Source: Myxococcota bacterium (lineage in GTDB: Bacteria > Myxococcota_A > UBA9042 > PHBI01 > JAWLBL01). From it: a DNA stretch of 64,000 bases. The position numbers were made by a program, and so were the translations under genes. This document shows, in pieces, positions 60,026 through 64,000 of the stretch. Position 1 is the first letter of the stretch. Each line of letters starts with the position of its first letter. Under the pieces are notes generated by a model, which saw only the letters and a list, made by a program, of their open reading frames with translations, was not told where the DNA came from and did no database searches. The stretch is from the NCBI GenBank assembly GCA_041687695.1, contig JAWLBL010000008.1, positions 1-64,000 of the forward strand, given 5' to 3'.

Positions 60026-62131
60026 ATGAGGACGAGACCGTGGGCGGCGGCGTCCGCCCTGGCCCTGCTGTTGGCGACCGCGCTGCACGCGTGCAGCGAC
60101 GGGTCGAACCCGGGCCCCTGTGATCCCAGCGAGCCGTTCTGCCTGACCGAGGCGGCCGATCTCGAGGTCGAGCCGGTCGACCGCGTGGTCCTCGTGTCCA
60201 ACGAGGCCGTGCCGCAGGGCGACTCGCTCGAGCAGGTCGTCCGCCTCGTCAATACCGGCGACGGCACCCTGCAGGTCAGCTCGGTGCAGCTCGAGTACGC
60301 GCCGCCCGCGGGCGCGTCCGATGGCGCCAAGCCCGCCTTCACCCTGGTCGATCCGGTCTTTTCGTTTCCGGCCAAGGTGCACACCCTCGGCGGCGCCGAC
60401 TTCCCGCAGGGCGTCGAGCTGCGCGTCGTCTACACCCGCCCGCCGGACAGCGCGCCCCGCTCGGGCCGCCTGGTCATCAAGTCGAACGACCCGGTCGAGC
60501 CGACGGTCACCGTCGATCTCCGCGCCGAGGCGGGCTCGCCGGTCCTGACGACCGACAAGAAGACCCTCGACTTCAAGCTCGTCCCGATGGACGAGGCCCA
60601 CAGCTTCAAGCTCAACCTCCTCAACATCGGCACGATGCCGCTCAACGTCAGCGGCTTCGCCCTCGCCGGCGACATCCGCTTCGGCGCCAAGGGGCCGGGC
60701 TTCGACATCGGCGGCGGGCCCAACAAGATCCGCTCGATCGATCTGCCGCAGGCCATCCCGGTCCCGGCCGGCGAGACCCGCAGCGTCGACGTGACCTTCG
60801 CCTCCGACGCCCCGACCCCCGCCGAAGGCGTCCTGCGCATCTTCTCGAACGACCCCGGCTCGGGCGCGACGGGCTACGAGGTCAACCTGGTGGCCAACAA
60901 GTCCGGCCCCTGCGTCCAGATCTCGCCACGCAACGTGCAGTTCGGCGGCAAGCTGGTCGGCTCGGTGGCCACCATCGACGTCGAAGTCACCAGCTGCGGG
61001 TCCGAGCCGCTGAGGATCACGTCCTTCGCCATCGACCCGGCGTCCTCCTCGGACTTCGGCGTCAACACCAGCAAGCTCCCCGTCGGCACGCCCGAGGGGG
61101 GGCCGACCGAGGCCGCGCCCCTGGTGGTGCCGGTCAACGAGAGCGTCGTCATCGGCGTCGACTTCGTCCCGGACGAGGTCAACCCCAAGGACGCCGACAA
61201 CAAGCCCATCCCGGACACGGGGACGCTCCTCATCCAGTCGAACGCCTTCGAGTCGCTGGCGAAGATCCCGCTCAGCGGGGCCGGCGCGGAGAGCGAGTGC
61301 CCGGTGCCGGTCATCAAGGTCGCCGAGGGCGACGAGGTCATCCCGCAGACGGTCCTGCACCTCGACGGCCGGCAGAGCTATGCCGCTTTCGGCGGCATCG
61401 TCCAGTACCAGTGGTCCGTCGCGCAGCCCGACGGCAGCCAGTCGACGCTGGTCCCGTCGGTCACCGACCCGCAGCCGGTGTTCGAGGCCAACGTCGTGGG
61501 CGTGTACACGTTCAAGCTCGACGTCTGGGACGAGAGCAACACCAAGTCCTGCGAGTCCGCCGAGTACCAGGTCCTGGTGCAGCCCGATCAGGCCATCCAC
61601 GTCGAGCTGACCTGGGTGACGCCCGGCGACGCCGACGAGACCGACACCGGCGAGGGCAAGGGCAGCGACATGGATCTGCACTTCGCGCATCCCAACGCGA
61701 CGGGCCCCGATCTGGACGGCGACGGCGCGCCCGACCCCTGGTTCGACGAGCAGTGGGACGCCTTCTGGTACAACCCCAACCCCAACTGGGGCAGCTTCGA
61801 CCCCAACGCCAACGACGACCCGTCGCTCGACCGCGACGACACCGACGGCGCCGGGCCCGAGAACCTGAACCTGGGCGTGCCCGAGGAGGTGGGCTACCGC
61901 GTCGCCGTGCACTACTGGGACGACCACGGCTTCGGCGACGCCCTCGCCTCGGTGCGCATCTACTCCTACGCGACCCTCATCTACGAGCGGCTGGACGTGC
62001 CGCTCAACGAGCGCGACCTGTGGTGCGTCGGCGAGGTGCTGTGGCCCGAGGCCGAGGTCGTCGACTGCGGCGACGTCGAGGGCGGGATCATCGTCCCCGA
62101 CTACGTGAACCCGTTCTTCCTCCAGCCTTGA
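60026..62131 (+). CDS. Large surface lipoprotein with tandem Ig-like (choice-of-anchor D/ASH-like) and PKD-like domains
   Basis: Lipobox LHAC; repeated NTG/NIG...SNDP modules; LDGRQS...YQW; VELTW...DMDLH...GPEN. Confidence 0.75.
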   Translation: MRTRPWAAASALALLLATALHACSDGSNPGPCDPSEPFCLTEAADLEVEPVDRVVLVSNEAVPQGDSLEQVVRLVNTGDGTLQVSSVQLEYAPPAGASDGAKPAFTLVDPVFSFPAKVHTLGGADFPQGVELRVVYTRPPDSAPRSGRLVIKSNDPVEPTVTVDLRAEAGSPVLTTDKKTLDFKLVPMDEAHSFKLNLLNIGTMPLNVSGFALAGDIRFGAKGPGFDIGGGPNKIRSIDLPQAIPVPAGETRSVDVTFASDAPTPAEGVLRIFSNDPGSGATGYEVNLVANKSGPCVQISPRNVQFGGKLVGSVATIDVEVTSCGSEPLRITSFAIDPASSSDFGVNTSKLPVGTPEGGPTEAAPLVVPVNESVVIGVDFVPDEVNPKDADNKPIPDTGTLLIQSNAFESLAKIPLSGAGAESECPVPVIKVAEGDEVIPQTVLHLDGRQSYAAFGGIVQYQWSVAQPDGSQSTLVPSVTDPQPVFEANVVGVYTFKLDVWDESNTKSCESAEYQVLVQPDQAIHVELTWVTPGDADETDTGEGKGSDMDLHFAHPNATGPDLDGDGAPDPWFDEQWDAFWYNPNPNWGSFDPNANDDPSLDRDDTDGAGPENLNLGVPEEVGYRVAVHYWDDHGFGDALASVRIYSYATLIYERLDVPLNERDLWCVGEVLWPEAEVVDCGDVEGGIIVPDYVNPFFLQP

Positions 62132-62136
62132 GGCGC

Positions 62137-63522
62137 ATGCTGCATCGCAGCATGGGGGCGTGGGGTATCGCCGTCGCCGTCGCCGTCGCCGGATGCGCGA
62201 CCGACGGCACGCCGCGCGAGCAGCGCTCGGCCGCCGACCGGCTGGCCGAGCTCGAGGCCCCGGCGTTGAAGCCGGTCGAGCCCGCGCCCCTCGGGGCGGC
62301 CGGCGTGGTCGTCATGCGCAACGCGGTCGTGTGGACCGCCGCGGGGCAGCGGCACGACCCCGGCTTCGTGGTGCTGCGCGGCGAGCGCATCGAGGCCGTC
62401 GGAGCGGGCGAGCCGCCGGCCGTGGCGGGGGCGCACGTCATCGACGTCGAGCGGCGCTTCGTGACGCCCGGCCTCATCGACACGCACTCGCACCTGGGCG
62501 TCTACCCGTCGCCGTCGGCCCGCGCCCACGCCGACGGCAACGAGATGACCAGCCCCAACACGGCGGACGTCTGGGCCGAGCACGGCTCGTGGCCTCAGGA
62601 TCCCGGCTTTCAGCGGGCCCTCGCGGGAGGCGTCACCACGCTGCAGGTGCTGGAGGGGTCGGCCAACCTCATCGGCGGACGCGCGGTGACGCTGCGGACG
62701 GTCCCGGCCCGGGGCACGCGGGCGATGAAGTTCCCGGGGGCGCCGGTCGGCGTGAAGATGGCCTGCGGAGAGAACCCCAAGCGCGTGTACGGCGGCCGCA
62801 ACCAAGCGCCGCAGACGCGCATGGCCAACGTCCGGGGGCAGCGGCAGGCCTTCTTGAAGGCCCAGAAGCTGGTGCGCGAGCTCGAGGCCGGCAAGACGCC
62901 GGAGCGCGATCTGGCCAGCGAGACGCTGGCGGGCCTTCTGACCGGACGCCTCGTCGCGCACGTCCACTGCTACCGCGCGGACGACATGCTGGCCTTCTTG
63001 GCCATCGCCGACGAGTTCGGCTTCCAGGTGCGCTCGTTCCACCACGCGCTCGAGGCCTACAAGATCGCGGACGTTTTGGCGGCGCGCGGCATCTCGGTGT
63101 CGACCTGGGCCGACTGGTGGGGCTCCAAGCTCGAGATGTTCGACGGCGTCCCCGACAACGCCGCCCTGGTGGCGGCGGCGGGCGGGCGGGCCATCATCCA
63201 CTCGGACTCGTCCAGGGACATCCAGCGGCTCAACCAGGAGGCGGCCAAGGCCCTGGTCGCCGGCCAGCGCGCCGGGCTGCGCCTGACCGAAGAGGACGCG
63301 CTGCGCTGGGTCACAGCCAACCCGGCCTGGGCGCTGGGCATCGACGGGCAGACGGGCACGCTCGAGGCGGGCAAGCGCGCGGACGTGGTCGTCTGGGACG
63401 GGCACCCGCTGAGCGTGTACGGGCAGGCGCGCTGGGTCTTCGTCGACGGCGCGCTGAGGTACGACCGGACGCGGCCCGGCGCGCCCTGGAGCGACTTCGA
63501 GCTGGGGCAGGGCGCGCCGTGA
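62137..63522 (+). CDS. Amidohydrolase family lipoprotein
   Basis: TPGLIDTHSHLG, KMACGENPKRVYG, HCYRADD, HSDS, NPAWALG, GKRADVV; start may be 62152. Confidence 0.88.
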   Translation: MLHRSMGAWGIAVAVAVAGCATDGTPREQRSAADRLAELEAPALKPVEPAPLGAAGVVVMRNAVVWTAAGQRHDPGFVVLRGERIEAVGAGEPPAVAGAHVIDVERRFVTPGLIDTHSHLGVYPSPSARAHADGNEMTSPNTADVWAEHGSWPQDPGFQRALAGGVTTLQVLEGSANLIGGRAVTLRTVPARGTRAMKFPGAPVGVKMACGENPKRVYGGRNQAPQTRMANVRGQRQAFLKAQKLVRELEAGKTPERDLASETLAGLLTGRLVAHVHCYRADDMLAFLAIADEFGFQVRSFHHALEAYKIADVLAARGISVSTWADWWGSKLEMFDGVPDNAALVAAAGGRAIIHSDSSRDIQRLNQEAAKALVAGQRAGLRLTEEDALRWVTANPAWALGIDGQTGTLEAGKRADVVVWDGHPLSVYGQARWVFVDGALRYDRTRPGAPWSDFELGQGAP

Positions 63523-64000
63523 TGTTGCAGTGCGTCATGGCCGGGCTGATCGCCCTGCTGGGGGCCGTCGAGCCGCCGTGCACGGCATTGACCGGCGGAC
63601 GTGTCTTCGCCGAGGGGCGGCTGCAAGAGGGGCTGACCGTCGTCATCGAGGGCGAGCGGGTAGCGGCGGTGGCCGCGGGCGCGGTGGCGCCGGCGCGGTG
63701 TCGGACGCTGGACGTGTCGGGCCAGGTGGTCACGCCGGGGCTCATCGATCCGTTCACCCGGTTGGGTGCGCTCGAGGTCCCGCTCGAGCCGGCGACGGTC
63801 GACCACGACGCTGGCGCCGCGGCCGGCCCGGTGAGGGCCGCCTTCCAGGTCGCCGACGCCTACAACCCGCGCTCGGTGCTCATCCCGGTCGCCCGCCGCG
63901 AGGGCGTGACCGCCGTGCTCACCCTCCCGGTCGGCGGCGTGGTCAGCGGACGGTCGGCCTTCGCCGAGCTGGACGGCGCGACGCAGCGGCAGGCCGTGCG
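63522..64000 (+). CDS. Second amidohydrolase family protein (truncated by window end)
   Basis: ATG overlaps the previous stop; LTGGRVF, LDVSGQVVTPGLID, GVT...GGVVSG; open to the end of the window. Confidence 0.75.
   Translation, partial: MLQCVMAGLIALLGAVEPPCTALTGGRVFAEGRLQEGLTVVIEGERVAAVAAGAVAPARCRTLDVSGQVVTPGLIDPFTRLGALEVPLEPATVDHDAGAAAGPVRAAFQVADAYNPRSVLIPVARREGVTAVLTLPVGGVVSGRSAFAELDGATQRQAV

Overview
Very GC-rich chromosomal window, most likely from a Myxococcota/deltaproteobacterium. This is inferred from RomR next to valS, CarF, a TonB-fused receptor, Cys-rich CGDDGCGG lipoproteins and sigma54 promoters. The right part is core genome: valS, romR-like, rnpB, zinc-ribbon gene, tRNA-Ile2(CAT), rpoD, dnaG, priA, and a selenocysteine-containing selD. 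The left and middle parts carry accessory metabolic, envelope and stress genes: phosphonopyruvate decarboxylase, GMC oxidoreductase, CarF desaturase, alpha-2-macroglobulin/pbpC, a heme/copper monooxygenase-like lipoprotein, a PRTase/erythromycin-esterase/DLH cluster and a TonB receptor. No CRISPR, integrase or prophage is present. The most unusual signals are: (1) four copies of a 173-bp symmetric four-hairpin MITE, each inserted exactly into the 5-nt loop of a GCCGGC-N5-GCCGGC REP-like palindrome with a 5-bp duplication; (2) a ~600-nt hairpin-rich intergenic region with C/U-rich loops that starts at the predicted +1 of a sigma54 promoter (candidate new ncRNA); (3) three unrelated palindrome-bearing tandem arrays and a GGGGCC-like hexamer tract; (4) an orphan contractile-tail tube gene with a repeat-containing N-terminal extension. 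All protein calls come from motif recognition by eye. No searches were run, and start codons were chosen manually.
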